Part shown: piece after piece, positions 22,765 through 33,348 of the stretch
Layout: each line of letters starts with the position of its first letter
How positions within the stretch are numbered: the first letter of the stretch is position 1
Assembly: GCA_963727485.1 (NCBI GenBank)
Contig: CAVSGM010000003.1
Coordinates: 256,001-320,000 of the forward strand
Length of the DNA stretch: 64,000 bases
Direction of reading: 5' to 3'
DNA from: an uncultured delta proteobacterium
Lineage (GTDB): Bacteria > Myxococcota > Myxococcia > SLRQ01
Position numbers and translations under genes: made by a program
Notes under the pieces: generated by a model
Database searches by the model: none
Told to the model about the DNA's origin: nothing
Seen by the model: only the letters and a program-made list of their open reading frames with translations

Positions 22765-24198
22765 CTACCCGCTGACCGGCAGCACCTTCCCCGGGTTCAA
22801 CAGGTCGTCCGGATCGAAGAGGTGCTTGAGCCGCCGCTGCAGCGCGATCAGCGGCGCCCCCTGCTCCAAGGGCAGCACCGAGCGCTTCACCAGCCCCACC
22901 CCGTGCTCCCCGGTGATCGTCCCGCCCCGGCGCACCGCGGCCTCGAAGACCCGCTCGGCGGCCCGCATCGCCGCCGGCCACAGGTCCTCGCTCCCGAAGA
23001 GCAGGTTCACGTGGAGGTTCCCGTCGCCCATGTGCCCGTAGAGGGCGGCCTTGAGCCCCTCGTCCTCGGCGATGGCGTGGACCTCGTCGACCATCGCCGG
23101 GATCTCGGCCAGCGGCACCGCCACGTCCTCGGCGTACTTGTGGCCGTAGAGCTCCCGGAGGCTCGGGGACATGATCCGCCGGCTGGCCCAGAGGTCGGCG
23201 CGCTCACTGGCGCTCTTCGCCACCAGCACCTGGCTCGCCTGGTACTCGGCGTCCACCAGCTCGCCGATCTTCACCAGCGCCTCGAAGGGCGCGTCGCCGT
23301 CGCCGTCGAGCTCGAGGAGGATGGCGGTCTGGGTCCCCTCGGGGAAGTGGAAGGGCGCCTTGGGCCGGACGGCGTCGATGGACACGTGGTCCATCAGCTC
23401 CATGGTTCGCGGGAGGTGGCCGGCGCGAAAGATCGCCAGCGCCGCCCGCGAGGCCAGCGCCACGTCGGGGAAGAAGAGCAGCGCCGTCTCCACCTTCGAG
23501 GGCCTCGGCTTGAGGCGCACCGTGATCCCGGTGACCACCCCGAGGGTCCCCTCGCTGCCGACCATCAGGCCGGTGAGGTCGTAGCCGGCGACGCTCTTGA
23601 GGGTCTTGCCGCCGGTGTGGATCACCTCGCCCGAGGGCAGCACCACCGTGAGGCCGCGGACGTAGTCGCGGGTGACGCCGTACTTCACCGCGCGCGGCCC
23701 CGCGGCGTTGGTGGCGACGTTGCCCCCGAGGTGGCAGAACTCCAGGGAGTTGGGATCCGGCGGGTAGAAGAGGCCCTCGGCCTCGACCGCCTGCTGGAGC
23801 TCGCCGGTGATGACCCCGGGCTCGCACTCGGCGATGAGCGAGGCCGGGGTGATGGCCTGGATGCGGTTCATCTTCTCCATGGCCAGCACCAGGCCGCCGG
23901 CCACCGGGAGCGCGCCCCCGGCCCGGCCGCTGCCGCCGCCCCTCGGGGTGACCGGGACGCCCTCGCGGAAGGCGGCCTGGAGGATGGTGACCACGTCCTC
24001 GGTGCTGCGGGGCCAGGCGACGAGCTCGGGGAGAAAGGTCCCGGCGCCGGACTCGTCGGCGCCGTAGCCGGCCAGGCGCTCGGGATCCCGGGAGACGCCG
24101 CCACCGGGGAGCGCCCGGCCCAGGGCGTCGTAGACCCGCGCCACCGCCGCGGCCGACGCGCGCTTCACCTGCTGGAAGTCATGCTCGAGCACGGGCAC
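22765..24198 (-). CDS. FAD-linked oxidase, GlcD/D-lactate dehydrogenase family
   Basis: PRGGGSG, YPPDP, GGNVATNA, GSEGTLG, GHMGDGNLH, GEHGVG, LNPGK; start approximate. Confidence 0.9.
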   Translation of the reverse strand: MPVLEHDFQQVKRASAAAVARVYDALGRALPGGGVSRDPERLAGYGADESGAGTFLPELVAWPRSTEDVVTILQAAFREGVPVTPRGGGSGRAGGALPVAGGLVLAMEKMNRIQAITPASLIAECEPGVITGELQQAVEAEGLFYPPDPNSLEFCHLGGNVATNAAGPRAVKYGVTRDYVRGLTVVLPSGEVIHTGGKTLKSVAGYDLTGLMVGSEGTLGVVTGITVRLKPRPSKVETALLFFPDVALASRAALAIFRAGHLPRTMELMDHVSIDAVRPKAPFHFPEGTQTAILLELDGDGDAPFEALVKIGELVDAEYQASQVLVAKSASERADLWASRRIMSPSLRELYGHKYAEDVAVPLAEIPAMVDEVHAIAEDEGLKAALYGHMGDGNLHVNLLFGSEDLWPAAMRAAERVFEAAVRRGGTITGEHGVGLVKRSVLPLEQGAPLIALQRRLKHLFDPDDLLNPGKVLPVSG

Positions 24199-24237
24199 GA
24201 CGCTAGCCCGGTGCCCGCGCCACCGCAAACCGCGTGG

Positions 24238-26229
24238 CTAGCCCTGCCCCCACCGCGGCGCCCCGCCGACCCGCGCGGCCACGTGCTCGGCGTTCATCGA
24301 CGTCACCGCCATGATCGTCATCTGGGGGTTCACGCCGAGGCTCGAGGGGAAGACCGAGCCGTCGGCGACGAAGAGCCCGTCCACGCCCCAGACCTCGAGG
24401 CCGGGATCGATCACGCCGTCCTCGGGCCGGGCGCTCATCCGCGCGGTGCACAGGGGGTGGAAGGCGGTGAGCTCGAAGTCGCCCACGGAGATCCGCGGGT
24501 CGCGCAGCTTCTCGATCTCGTCGGGCGAGGTGAGGGCCTCGACGCCGGCGACCGGGGGCAGCACCTTCGTGGCCCCGGCCTCGAAGAACACCCGGCACAG
24601 CCGCTCGGTGCCCGTCAGCAGCTTGGCGACCTCCTCGCGGCCCAGGCTGTAGTGGATGCGCGGCATGCCGCCGGGTCCCGGGCGCACCCGCCCCCGGCTC
24701 TCGTCCTCGACCAGGAACCCGAAGAACGCCAGGTTCTGGTAGCGGTTCATGATGTCGCTGAAGGCGCGGCCGATCTGGGGCAGGCCCACGGCGCCGAGCT
24801 CCGGGGGGAGGCTGGCGCCCTCGAACATCATCCCCTCGGCCTCGAACTGGTCGATGCACCAGCCCTGGGGCACGCCCTCCCAGGAGCGGATGGGCTCGTC
24901 GAAGAGGGCCGCCACCTTGGCCGCCGGGTGGATGGTGAGGTTGTTGCCGAGCTGCCCCGAGCGGCCGCCGATGCGGTTTCGCATCAGCAGCGGCGGGGTC
25001 CCGAGGCTCCCGGCGGAGATCACCACCGCGTCGGCGAGGACGGTCACCTTGCCCTGGTCGGTCGTCGCCACCACCCCCTGGGCCCGGCGCTGCTTCCAGA
25101 GGATGCGCTCGACCTTCGCCCCGGTGAGGAGCTTGGCGCCGGCCCCCAGCGCCCGGGGCACGTAGGAGCGGTTCATCGACTGCTTGGCGCCGGTGGGACA
25201 GCCGAAGCAGCACACCCCCGAGCCCTCGCAGCCGTCGGCGTTGCGCATCAGCGGCCCGTGGGACCAGCCGAGCCTGTCGCAGCCCCGGGCGATGACCTCG
25301 CCCACCATGCCCCGGGTCTCGACCGAGACCGGCTGCACCCGCAGCGTGCGCTCCAGCTCGTCGTAGTGGGGCGCCAGGGACTCGGAGGTGTAGGCCTCGA
25401 GGCCGTAGCGATCGCGCCACTGCTCGAGCACCCGTTCCGGGACCCGGAAGCAGGTGCCGGAGTTGATGGTGCTGGTGCCGCCGACGGTGCGGCCCAGCGG
25501 GATGGGGATGCCCGGGACGCCCAGGGCCACCGTCATCCCCACGTCGCGGTACATCCGGGTCATCATCTCCAGGGGCCGGCGGTTGAAGTCCGCCCGGCGG
25601 TAGAGCTGCCCCTCCTCGAGCATCAGGACCGCGAGGCCCTGCTCCGCCAGCCGCGTGGCCATCACCGCCCCGCCCGGGCCGCTGCCCACGATCACCACCT
25701 GGCACCGCAGGGTCTCCCCGGCGCGATCCGCGGCGGGGGAGGCCTGCGCCATCCACCGCTCCGGGGGCGCGGGCGGGGCCGGCGGCGGCGGGTCGTAGCC
25801 CAGGCGCCGGCTGACCTCGGCGTCGGCGAAGTGGCACATCTTCAGGGGGGTGAACAGGCCCCGGAGCGCCATGCGCACCAGAAACCACCGGGAGGCCGCC
25901 CAGCCGGCGAGGAGCCGCTCCGCCCGCGCCACCGGGAGGCGCGCCAGGGTGCGCCCGGTGAAGACGATGGCCGCGAGGTTCGTGGCCCGCAGGAGCATCC
26001 GGTAGCCGAAGACCAGCAGGCGCGGCGCCTGGCCGAGGAAGGCGTCGAGGCGGTCGACCATGGCCTCGCCGGGTGCCGGGAGGTCGCCCTCGCCTGGCAT
26101 CCCCGCCACGGCGATGGCGAGGGCCAGGCGCCGGGTGCCCCGGGTGAGACCGTGGCGCGGGGGGGCGGACGCGGGATCGGGGGCCGGTGCCGTGCTCGGG
26201 GCGGACTCGGAGGGCTGAGTCGCGTTCAT
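24238..26229 (-). CDS. GMC-family oxidoreductase
   Basis: IVGSGPGG, GGTSTINSG, CCFGCP, FHPLCTARM, VADGSVFP..GVNPQ. Confidence 0.88.
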   Translation of the reverse strand: MNATQPSESAPSTAPAPDPASAPPRHGLTRGTRRLALAIAVAGMPGEGDLPAPGEAMVDRLDAFLGQAPRLLVFGYRMLLRATNLAAIVFTGRTLARLPVARAERLLAGWAASRWFLVRMALRGLFTPLKMCHFADAEVSRRLGYDPPPPAPPAPPERWMAQASPAADRAGETLRCQVVIVGSGPGGAVMATRLAEQGLAVLMLEEGQLYRRADFNRRPLEMMTRMYRDVGMTVALGVPGIPIPLGRTVGGTSTINSGTCFRVPERVLEQWRDRYGLEAYTSESLAPHYDELERTLRVQPVSVETRGMVGEVIARGCDRLGWSHGPLMRNADGCEGSGVCCFGCPTGAKQSMNRSYVPRALGAGAKLLTGAKVERILWKQRRAQGVVATTDQGKVTVLADAVVISAGSLGTPPLLMRNRIGGRSGQLGNNLTIHPAAKVAALFDEPIRSWEGVPQGWCIDQFEAEGMMFEGASLPPELGAVGLPQIGRAFSDIMNRYQNLAFFGFLVEDESRGRVRPGPGGMPRIHYSLGREEVAKLLTGTERLCRVFFEAGATKVLPPVAGVEALTSPDEIEKLRDPRISVGDFELTAFHPLCTARMSARPEDGVIDPGLEVWGVDGLFVADGSVFPSSLGVNPQMTIMAVTSMNAEHVAARVGGAPRWGQG

Positions 26230-26283
26230 CGCGGCCCATCCTGGCACAGGTGCCGCCCGAAGTCCCTGCTCAGGGGCGCCGAT

Positions 26284-27282
26284 TCACCCCCCGACGCCGG
26301 TCATCACCACGCCCTTGGCCGGGTCGGCGTCCGCGTCCCAGAACCGGTGTCCGTCCTTGCGGCCGAGGACCGTGAAGCGGATGGCGTCGGCGAGGCCGTC
26401 GTCGTCGACCCCGGCCCGGATCAGGGCCCGGAGGTCGGCGCCCTCGGGGCGGGCGAGGCAGCCCCGGAGCTCGCCCTTGCTGGTGAGGCGCACCCGGTTG
26501 CACCCGCTGCAGAACTTCTCGGTGACCGCGCCGATGAACCCGGCGACCCCGGGGCCGTCCACCCGCCGGTGATAGACCGCGGGGCCCTGGCCCGGGAGCC
26601 CGGCGTCGGCCGCCGGCGTGGCCTCCAGGCGGTGCGCCAGGCGACGCAGCAGCTCGGCGGTGGGGACCACCGCCTGGCGCCCGTGCATCCGCCCGGCCTC
26701 GCCCAGCGGCATCAGCTCGATGAACCGCGGGGTGAGCCCGCGCGCCCAGGCGAAGTCGCACAGCGCCTCGGCCTCGTCGTCGTTGGTCCCGCCCACGACC
26801 ACGGTGTTCAGCTTCACCGCCCGGAAGCCCGCGCTCCGGGCCGCCTCGATCCCCGCGAGGACGTGGGAGAGCTTCCCGCCCCGGGTGAGCTGGGCGTGGC
26901 GCTCCGGCGAGAGGGTGTCGAAGGAGATGTTCACCCGGGTGACGCCCGCCTCCGCCAGGGGCCCCGCCAGCTCGGCGAGGCGGTCGGCGTTGGTGGTCAG
27001 GGCGATGTCGCCGATGCCTGCCTCGTCGCGGATGGCCCGCACCAGGGTCAGCAGCCCCCCGCGCACCGTGGGCTCGCCGCCGGTGATGCGCACGGTGGTG
27101 ACCCCGAGGCCGGCGAAGACCTTCACCAGCCGGGCCAGCTCCTCGAGGCTCAGGATCTCGTCGCGGCCAACCCGGGGGAAGCCCGCGGCCGGCATGCAGT
27201 AGGTGCAGCGGTAGTTGCACCGGTCGGTGACGGAGAGCCGCAGGTAGGTGATGACGCGGCCCTTGAGATCGACGAGGGGCAT
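26284..27282 (-). CDS. moaA: GTP 3',8-cyclase
   Basis: LRLSVTDRCNYRCTYC, TGGEP, FCSGCNRVR, C-terminal GG. Confidence 0.96.
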   Translation of the reverse strand: MPLVDLKGRVITYLRLSVTDRCNYRCTYCMPAAGFPRVGRDEILSLEELARLVKVFAGLGVTTVRITGGEPTVRGGLLTLVRAIRDEAGIGDIALTTNADRLAELAGPLAEAGVTRVNISFDTLSPERHAQLTRGGKLSHVLAGIEAARSAGFRAVKLNTVVVGGTNDDEAEALCDFAWARGLTPRFIELMPLGEAGRMHGRQAVVPTAELLRRLAHRLEATPAADAGLPGQGPAVYHRRVDGPGVAGFIGAVTEKFCSGCNRVRLTSKGELRGCLARPEGADLRALIRAGVDDDGLADAIRFTVLGRKDGHRFWDADADPAKGVVMTGVGG

Positions 27283-27337
27283 GGGTCGAACTCTAGTCCG
27301 CCGAGGGCCGGGCGCACTCCCGAACCCTCGGGTGCGC

Positions 27338-28471
27338 TCAGGTCCCGGCGCCGCCGCCCGCCACCCGGGCGTCCTCCTGCCGGGCGATCTCCAGCTCGTA
27401 GCCCACCAGGCCGTCGGCGTCCCGGAGCTCGTCGAAGATCGCCTGCTCCATGTCCTTGAACACCTCGACCACCGCCGGGTCGAACTGGCTCGCGGCGCAG
27501 CGCTCGATCTCGGCGGCGGCGACCTCGAAGCTCTGGCCCTTGCGATAGGGGCGGTCGGAGACGATGGCGTCGAAGGTGTCGGCCACCGCGAAGATCCGCG
27601 CCCCCAGGGGGATCTCGCAGCCCTTCAGCTGGCGGGGGTAGCCGCCGCCGTCGTAGCGCTCCTGGTGGGAGAGGATGATCTCCGCCGCCGGGCGCAGGTA
27701 GGGGATGTCGGCGACGATGTCGTAGCCGATCTGCGGATGCTTGCGCATCTCCTCCCACTCGTCGGGGGTGAGCTTCCCGGGCTTGAGGAGGATGTTGTCG
27801 GAGACGCCGATCTTGCCGATGTCGTGGAGCAGCGCCCCCCGGGCGATGTCGATGAGCAGGTCGCCGCGGATGCCCATGCGCGCGGCGATGGCGGCGGTGA
27901 AGCGCATCACCCGCTGGGAGTGGCGGCCGGTGTCGCGCTCCCGGGCGTCGAGCGAGGCGGCCAGGGCCTCGAGGGTGGTCTGGTAGGCGGCGTTGAGGTC
28001 CTTGAGGGCCACCTCGAGCTGCTCGGTCTTCAGCTGGACCTCTTCCTCGAGGCCCGACTTGTAGCGCCGGTCGTCGAGGAGACGGCCGCGGCGGTGCAGC
28101 GCCCGCTCCACCGCCGAGTAGAGCTCGGAGGCCCGGAAGGGCTTGGACACGAAGTCGTAGGCGCCGCGCCGGAGGCAGTCGACGGCGAGCTCGGTCTCGG
28201 CGTAGCCGCTGATGGCGACCACCGCGGTGTCCGGGCGGACGGCGAGGACCTGGTCGATGAGCCAGGTGCCGTTGTGCCCGGGCATCTTGAGGTCGGTGAC
28301 CACCAGGGCGTACTCGCCGGCGAGGAAGCTCTCCTTCCCGCTCTCGGCGTCGAAGGCGACCTCGCAGAGGTAGCCCTGGGGCTCGAGGAGGTCTACCACC
28401 ACCTCCCGGATCGCCGGATCGTCGTCGACCACGAGGATGCGTTCACGGCGCTGGGTGTCGGTCTGGCTCAT
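27338..28471 (-). CDS. response regulator with HD-GYP phosphodiesterase domain
   Basis: REC domain; LHDIGK, HQERYDGGGYP, VADTFDA. Confidence 0.92.
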   Translation of the reverse strand: MSQTDTQRRERILVVDDDPAIREVVVDLLEPQGYLCEVAFDAESGKESFLAGEYALVVTDLKMPGHNGTWLIDQVLAVRPDTAVVAISGYAETELAVDCLRRGAYDFVSKPFRASELYSAVERALHRRGRLLDDRRYKSGLEEEVQLKTEQLEVALKDLNAAYQTTLEALAASLDARERDTGRHSQRVMRFTAAIAARMGIRGDLLIDIARGALLHDIGKIGVSDNILLKPGKLTPDEWEEMRKHPQIGYDIVADIPYLRPAAEIILSHQERYDGGGYPRQLKGCEIPLGARIFAVADTFDAIVSDRPYRKGQSFEVAAAEIERCAASQFDPAVVEVFKDMEQAIFDELRDADGLVGYELEIARQEDARVAGGGAGT

Positions 28472-28612
28472 GGAAGCGGCCTCCAGGCCCCGGCGGCCCA
28501 GGTAGGCAAGTGTACCGAAAGAACCGCGCGGCGGCCAAGGGTCGGGGGCCCGGCCTCGGGGGATGCTCGGGGCCCGGCGTTGGCACGGCTGGCACGCCGG
28601 GGGTCGCCGGGG

Positions 28613-29032
28613 CTAACTCCCCGCGCCCTCGCGGCTCCGGTACAGGGTCACCGCCGCCGCCTCGGGCGTGCCCACCACCGAGGGGTGGGGCTTGTGCACC
28701 GTGACCTCCACCGCCTCCACCGCGGGGAAGGCGTCGAGGAGCGCCTCGGCCACCGCCCCGGCGAGGTGCTCGATGAGCCGGCAGCTGGTGCCGGTGCCCA
28801 CCTCCAGGACCACCTCGGCGATGCGATCGTAGTCGAGGGTGTCCTCGAGGGCGTCGGAGCGCGCCGGGGCGTCGAGGCCCATGGCTACGGTGACGTCGAC
28901 CCGAAACGGCCGCACCCGCTGGCGCTCGGCGTCGTACCACCCGTGGCGGCCCTCGAAGGTGAGCCCGGTGAGGTGGATGCGGTCGCGGGTGGTCGCCTCG
29001 GGGAGCGACGGGGTGCGGGGATCGGGGCTCAT
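28613..29032 (-). CDS. folB: dihydroneopterin aldolase
   Basis: GRHG...ER, DTLDY, LIEHLA, VHKP. Confidence 0.88.
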   Translation of the reverse strand: MSPDPRTPSLPEATTRDRIHLTGLTFEGRHGWYDAERQRVRPFRVDVTVAMGLDAPARSDALEDTLDYDRIAEVVLEVGTGTSCRLIEHLAGAVAEALLDAFPAVEAVEVTVHKPHPSVVGTPEAAAVTLYRSREGAGS

Positions 29033-29738
29033 CCGAAGACCTCCACCGCCGAGCCGGCGACCGCCGGTGGCGCCTGGGACGAAAGATAGAGGATCACCGA
29101 GGCGACCTCCTCGGGGGTCATGTCCGGGGTGAGGCCGGGGACGCCCTGGGCGAGCATGGCGGTGTCCACCGACCCGGGGAGCACGCTGGTGACCGTGACG
29201 CCCTGGCCCTTGACCTCCTCGGACAGCGCCTTCACGAAGCCGACCACGCCCCACTTGGCCGCGCAGTAGGCGGAGAGGCCCGGGGTGCCGAGGGTGGCGG
29301 AGATGGAGCTCACGGCGACGATGCGCCCGGCGCCCCGCGCGAGCATCCCCGGGAGCACCGCCCGGCAGGCGAGGAACACGCCCTTGAGGTTCACGTCGAT
29401 GACCGCGTCCCAGGTGGCCTCGTCCATCTCGGCCACCGGGACGTTGGCGACGATCCCGGCGTTGGCGACCAGGACGTCCACGGGCCCCAGCTCGGTCTCG
29501 GTCTCGTGGATCGCGGCGGCGATGTCGTCCGCCACCGCCACGTCGCCCACCAGCGCGATGGCCTCGCCACCGGCCTGGCCGATGGCGCGGGCGGTCTCCC
29601 GGACCTCGCCCTCGGTGCGGGCGAGGACGGCGACGCTGGCGCCCCCCGGCGCGCGGCCTCGCGGGCCACCGCCCGGCCGATGCCCCGGCCCCCGCCGGTG
29701 ACCAGGACCACCTTTGCGTGCAAGGGGTCCCGGCTCAC
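29029..29738 (-). CDS. short-chain dehydrogenase/reductase (frameshift in homopolymer near 29645)
   Basis: LVTGGGRGIG in upstream frame; ANAG, YCAAK. Confidence 0.85.
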
Positions 29739-30331
29739 GTGCCGGCCCCCGGATGCTCGGCGTGGAAGCCGGCGACCGCGTCGTGGAGGGCGCGGCGGTG
29801 GGGGGAATCGGCGTCGGCGAGGGCCCCGAGCCAGGCGGTGCAGGTGACCAACGCGTCGTGCTGGCGCACGCCCCGCACCGCCATGCACATCTGCTTGGCC
29901 TCGAGGACGACCCCGGCGCCCCGGGCCCCGAGGTGCGTCACCAGCGCCTCGGCGATCTCCCGGGCGTGGTCCTCCTGGATGACGAGGCGCGCCCCCAGGG
30001 TCTCCACCAGGCGCACGATCCGCGAGAAGCCCACGACCTTGCGGTCCGGGAGGTAGGCCACGTGGGCGGTGCCCTGGTAGGGGAGCAGGTGGTGGGGGCA
30101 CACCGAGACGTAGTGGATGCCGGCGACCACCACCGCCTCGTCGGCCCCGGACGCCGGGGCGTCGAAGGTCTCGAGGAGGGAGGCCACGTCGGCGCCCTCG
30201 CCGGCGAGGAGCTCGTCGGCCCAGGCGTCGGCGACCCGCTGCGGCGTGGCCTGCAGGTGGGGCGCGGCGGGATCGGCCCCCACCGCGGCGAGGAAGGCGG
30301 CCACCGCGGCCTTCAGCGCCTCACGATCCAC
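29735..30331 (-). CDS. folE: GTP cyclohydrolase I
   Basis: TPQRVA, SVCPHHLLP, GFSR, CMAVRGV. Confidence 0.88.
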   Translation of the reverse strand: MDREALKAAVAAFLAAVGADPAAPHLQATPQRVADAWADELLAGEGADVASLLETFDAPASGADEAVVVAGIHYVSVCPHHLLPYQGTAHVAYLPDRKVVGFSRIVRLVETLGARLVIQEDHAREIAEALVTHLGARGAGVVLEAKQMCMAVRGVRQHDALVTCTAWLGALADADSPHRRALHDAVAGFHAEHPGAGT

Positions 30332-30677
30332 GGGGTCCCCGGTAGGTCACCGAGCAGTTGTCCATCTCCCAGAGGGTGATCTCGGCGAGGCCCGGGAGCC
30401 GCCCCTCGAGGCGCTCCCAGAACCAGACGACGATGAGCTCGGCGGTGGGGTTCTCCAGGAAGTCGTTGAGGTTCTGGTGGTCGACCACCTCGAGGATCTC
30501 GTGGCCGACGATCTCCTCGACCTTGGTGAAGTCGAGGACCATCCCGGTCTCGGGATCGGGCTCGCCCTCGAAGGCGACCACGAACCGGTAGTTGTGGCCG
30601 TGGACCCGGTTGCAGGGGCCGTCGTAGCAGGGGAGCCGGTGGGCGGCGGCGAACTTGAACTCGACGTTGAGGCGCAT
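30321..30677 (-). CDS. queD: 6-carboxytetrahydropterin synthase / PTPS family
   Basis: FAAAHRL, CNRVHGHNY (CX3HGH), NPTAE. Confidence 0.85.
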   Translation of the reverse strand: MRLNVEFKFAAAHRLPCYDGPCNRVHGHNYRFVVAFEGEPDPETGMVLDFTKVEEIVGHEILEVVDHQNLNDFLENPTAELIVVWFWERLEGRLPGLAEITLWEMDNCSVTYRGPRGS

Positions 30678-30685
30678 GATGGGAC

Positions 30686-31201
30686 CTAGGATGGGCCGTT
30701 GCCCGCCCGTCGCCAAGCGGACCAGAAGGCGACGAGGAGGAGGGCCACCGCCGCGGCGGTGACGCCGTTGGCGAGCCCCTCGGAGAGCCGGTGGAGGTGG
30801 TCGAAGCGGATCCAGCCGTCGCCCCCGGCGCCGGCCGCCGCGGCGCCCCGGAGCGCCGCCATCCGCGGGTGGGTGACCAGGGCGCCCCAGGCGGTGAGGA
30901 CCGTGAGGCCCCCGGCGAGCGGCAGGCGCAAGAGCTCGGCGCCCGAGAGCGCCGCCTGCCCCAGGGCCCCGGCGCGGATCCCCTCGCCGAGGAGGATCAC
31001 CAGGGCCGAGGCGAGGTAGAGGCGATCGAGGCCGAGGAAGACCGGCTGCATCAGCTGGCCCGCCGCCGCCGGATCCCCGAGGAGGCCGAAGATCGTGGGC
31101 GAGACCACCAGGCGCGTGGCCAGGTGGCCGCCGAGCAGCGGCACCATCCCCCCAAGGGACAGCGCCGCCCCCACGACCCCAAGACGCGCCCGGGTCGCCA
31201 C
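30686..31201 (-). CDS. four-TM membrane protein (DUF4149-like)
   Basis: Hydrophobic segments, [13 protein letters not shown]. Confidence 0.6.
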   Translation of the reverse strand: MATRARLGVVGAALSLGGMVPLLGGHLATRLVVSPTIFGLLGDPAAAGQLMQPVFLGLDRLYLASALVILLGEGIRAGALGQAALSGAELLRLPLAGGLTVLTAWGALVTHPRMAALRGAAAAGAGGDGWIRFDHLHRLSEGLANGVTAAAVALLLVAFWSAWRRAGNGPS

Positions 31202-31208
31202 CGCGTCC

Positions 31209-32550
31209 CTAGTACCGGTAGAAGTCCGGCTTGAAGGGGCCCTCGACGGGGAGGCCCAGGTAGTCGGCCTGCTTCTCCGAGAGGGTGGTGAGCTTCACGC
31301 CGAGCTTGTCGAGGTGGAGCCGGGCGACCTTCTCGTCGAGGTCCTTGGGGAGCACGTAGACCTTCTTGTCGCCGTAGCGGTCGGGCTCGTTCCACAGGGA
31401 CATCTGGGCCATCACCTGGTTGGTGAAGGAGTTGGACATCACGAACGAGGGGTGGCCGGTGGCGCAGCCCAGGTTCACCAGCCGGCCGCGGGCCAGCAGG
31501 GTGAGCTTGCGGCCGTCCTTGAACACGAAGTGGTCGACCTGGGGCTTGATCGGCTCCTCCTCGCAGTTCTCCTCGAGCCAGCGGACGTCGATTCTCCGAG
31601 TCGAAGTGGCCGATGTTGGAGAGGATGGCCTCGTGCTTCATCACCGCCATGTGCTCGCCGCGGATGACGTCGCAGCAGCCGGTGGAGGTGACGAAGATGT
31701 CGCCGATGGGGGCGGCCTCCTCCATGGTGACCACCTGGTAGCCTTCCATCGCCGCCTGGAGGGCGCAGATGGGATCGATCTCGGTGATGAGCACCCGGGC
31801 GCCCTGGGACCGCAGCGACTGGGCGCAGCCCTTGCCCACGTCGCCGTAGCCGGCGACCACGGCGATCTTGCCGGCGACCATCACGTCGGTGGCGCGCTTG
31901 ATGCCGTCGAGGAGCGACTCCCGGCAGCCGTAGAGGTTGTCGAACTTGCTCTTGGTCACCGAGTCGTTGACGTTGATCGCCGGGCACTTGAGCGAGCCCT
32001 TGCGCTCCATCTCGTAGAGGCGGTGGACCCCGGTGGTGGTCTCCTCGGAGAGCCCCCGGACCGGGTCGTCGCCCTCGAAGAGCTCGGGGTGCTTCTCGTG
32101 GGCCAGCAGGGTGAGGTCGCCGCCGTCGTCGAGGAGGAGGTTGGGGAGCTTGCCGCCCTCGAAGGCGGTGAGCTGGGTCTCGATGTTGGCCCAGTACTCG
32201 TCCTCGCTCTCGCCCTTCCAGGCGAAGACCGGGACCCCGGCGGCGGCGATGGCCGCGGCGGCGTGGTCCTGGGTGCTGTAGATGTTGCAGCTGGTCCAGG
32301 TGAGCTCGGCGCCGAGCTCCCGGAGGGTCTCGATGAGCACCGCGGTCTGGATGGTCATGTGCAGGCACCCGGCGATGCGCGCGCCCTTCAGCGGCTTCTG
32401 CGCGCCGTACTCCTCGCGCAGGGCCATCAGCCCGGGCATCTCGGTCTCGGCGATCTCGATCTCCTTGCGGCCCCACTCGGCGAGGGAGAGATCGGCGACC
32501 TGGTGCGGCTGGCTGGGACGGCTCGGGGGCACGGCGACGGGCTGACTCAT
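31209..32550 (-). CDS. ahcY: adenosylhomocysteinase (+1 frameshift near 31593)
   Basis: [46 protein letters not shown]-terminal YRY. Confidence 0.95.
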
Positions 32551-32653
32551 GAGACTTCCTCTTGTTTCTGGTTTCCTGGGGTTTCGGCCCCTCCGAATAT
32601 ACGGCGCGACCCACCGGGTCAACCGGCGCCCGCCCCCCGGGGGGCGTGCCGCC

Positions 32654-32680
32654 GTAACCGCCAGGCTGGTATCCTCGTCC
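32654..32680 (+). promoter_or_regulatory. ECF-type promoter (probably autoregulatory)
   Basis: GTAACC-N14-CTCGTCC; two further copies in the window. Confidence 0.6.
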
Positions 32681-32688
32681 TGGGATTC

Positions 32689-33348
32689 GTGTTGGCAACC
32701 GCTGGATCGAAGCGCCCCCCCGAGGGGCTCGCCGACGTCGCCGCCAATCCGGCGCTGGCCGACCACGCCAATCGGGTGGCGGTGGCCCGGGTCCTCGACG
32801 GCGACCGCGACGCCTTCGCCGACCTCGTCGCCCGCCACGGCCGGGGGATCCACCGCCTCGCCTTCCGCCTCCTCCGGGATCCGGCGCTCGCCGAGGAGGT
32901 CGCCCAGGAGGCGTTTGCCCGGGCGTACGTGGGGCTGGGGCGTTTCCGGGGGGAGGGGTCGATCCGCCCCTGGCTCTACCGGATCACCGCCAACCTCTGC
33001 CGGGACGTGATGAAGCGGGCCGACCGCCGGGAGCACGCCAGCGCCGACCCCACCCTCGACGGCACCGCCGCGCCCGTCGGCGGGAGCCCCTTCGGCCGCC
33101 TCCGGGAGGTGGAGGTCGACCGGCGCCGGGCCCTGGTGGCCCTGGAGGGGGCCATCGCCAGGCTCCCCGACGGCCAGCGCGAGGCCTTCGTCCTGCGCCT
33201 CATCGAGAACCTGCCCTACGAGGAGATGGAGGCGGCCACCGGGGTCGCCGTGGGCGCCCTCAAGGTGCGCGTGCACCGCGCCCGGGAGCGCCTCAAGGCC
33301 GAGCTCGGCGAGCTCCTCGACGGCATCGTGGAGGAGACCCCCACATGA
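32689..33348 (+). CDS. ECF sigma factor
   Basis: [21 protein letters not shown]...[19 protein letters not shown]; start approximate. Confidence 0.9.
   Translation: MLATAGSKRPPEGLADVAANPALADHANRVAVARVLDGDRDAFADLVARHGRGIHRLAFRLLRDPALAEEVAQEAFARAYVGLGRFRGEGSIRPWLYRITANLCRDVMKRADRREHASADPTLDGTAAPVGGSPFGRLREVEVDRRRALVALEGAIARLPDGQREAFVLRLIENLPYEEMEAATGVAVGALKVRVHRARERLKAELGELLDGIVEETPT

Noticed and set aside
32551..32690. SAH riboswitch upstream of ahcY
   Set aside because: The GAGGAGCG...CAGGCTC core was not found; the leader is short and shared with the divergent ECF promoter
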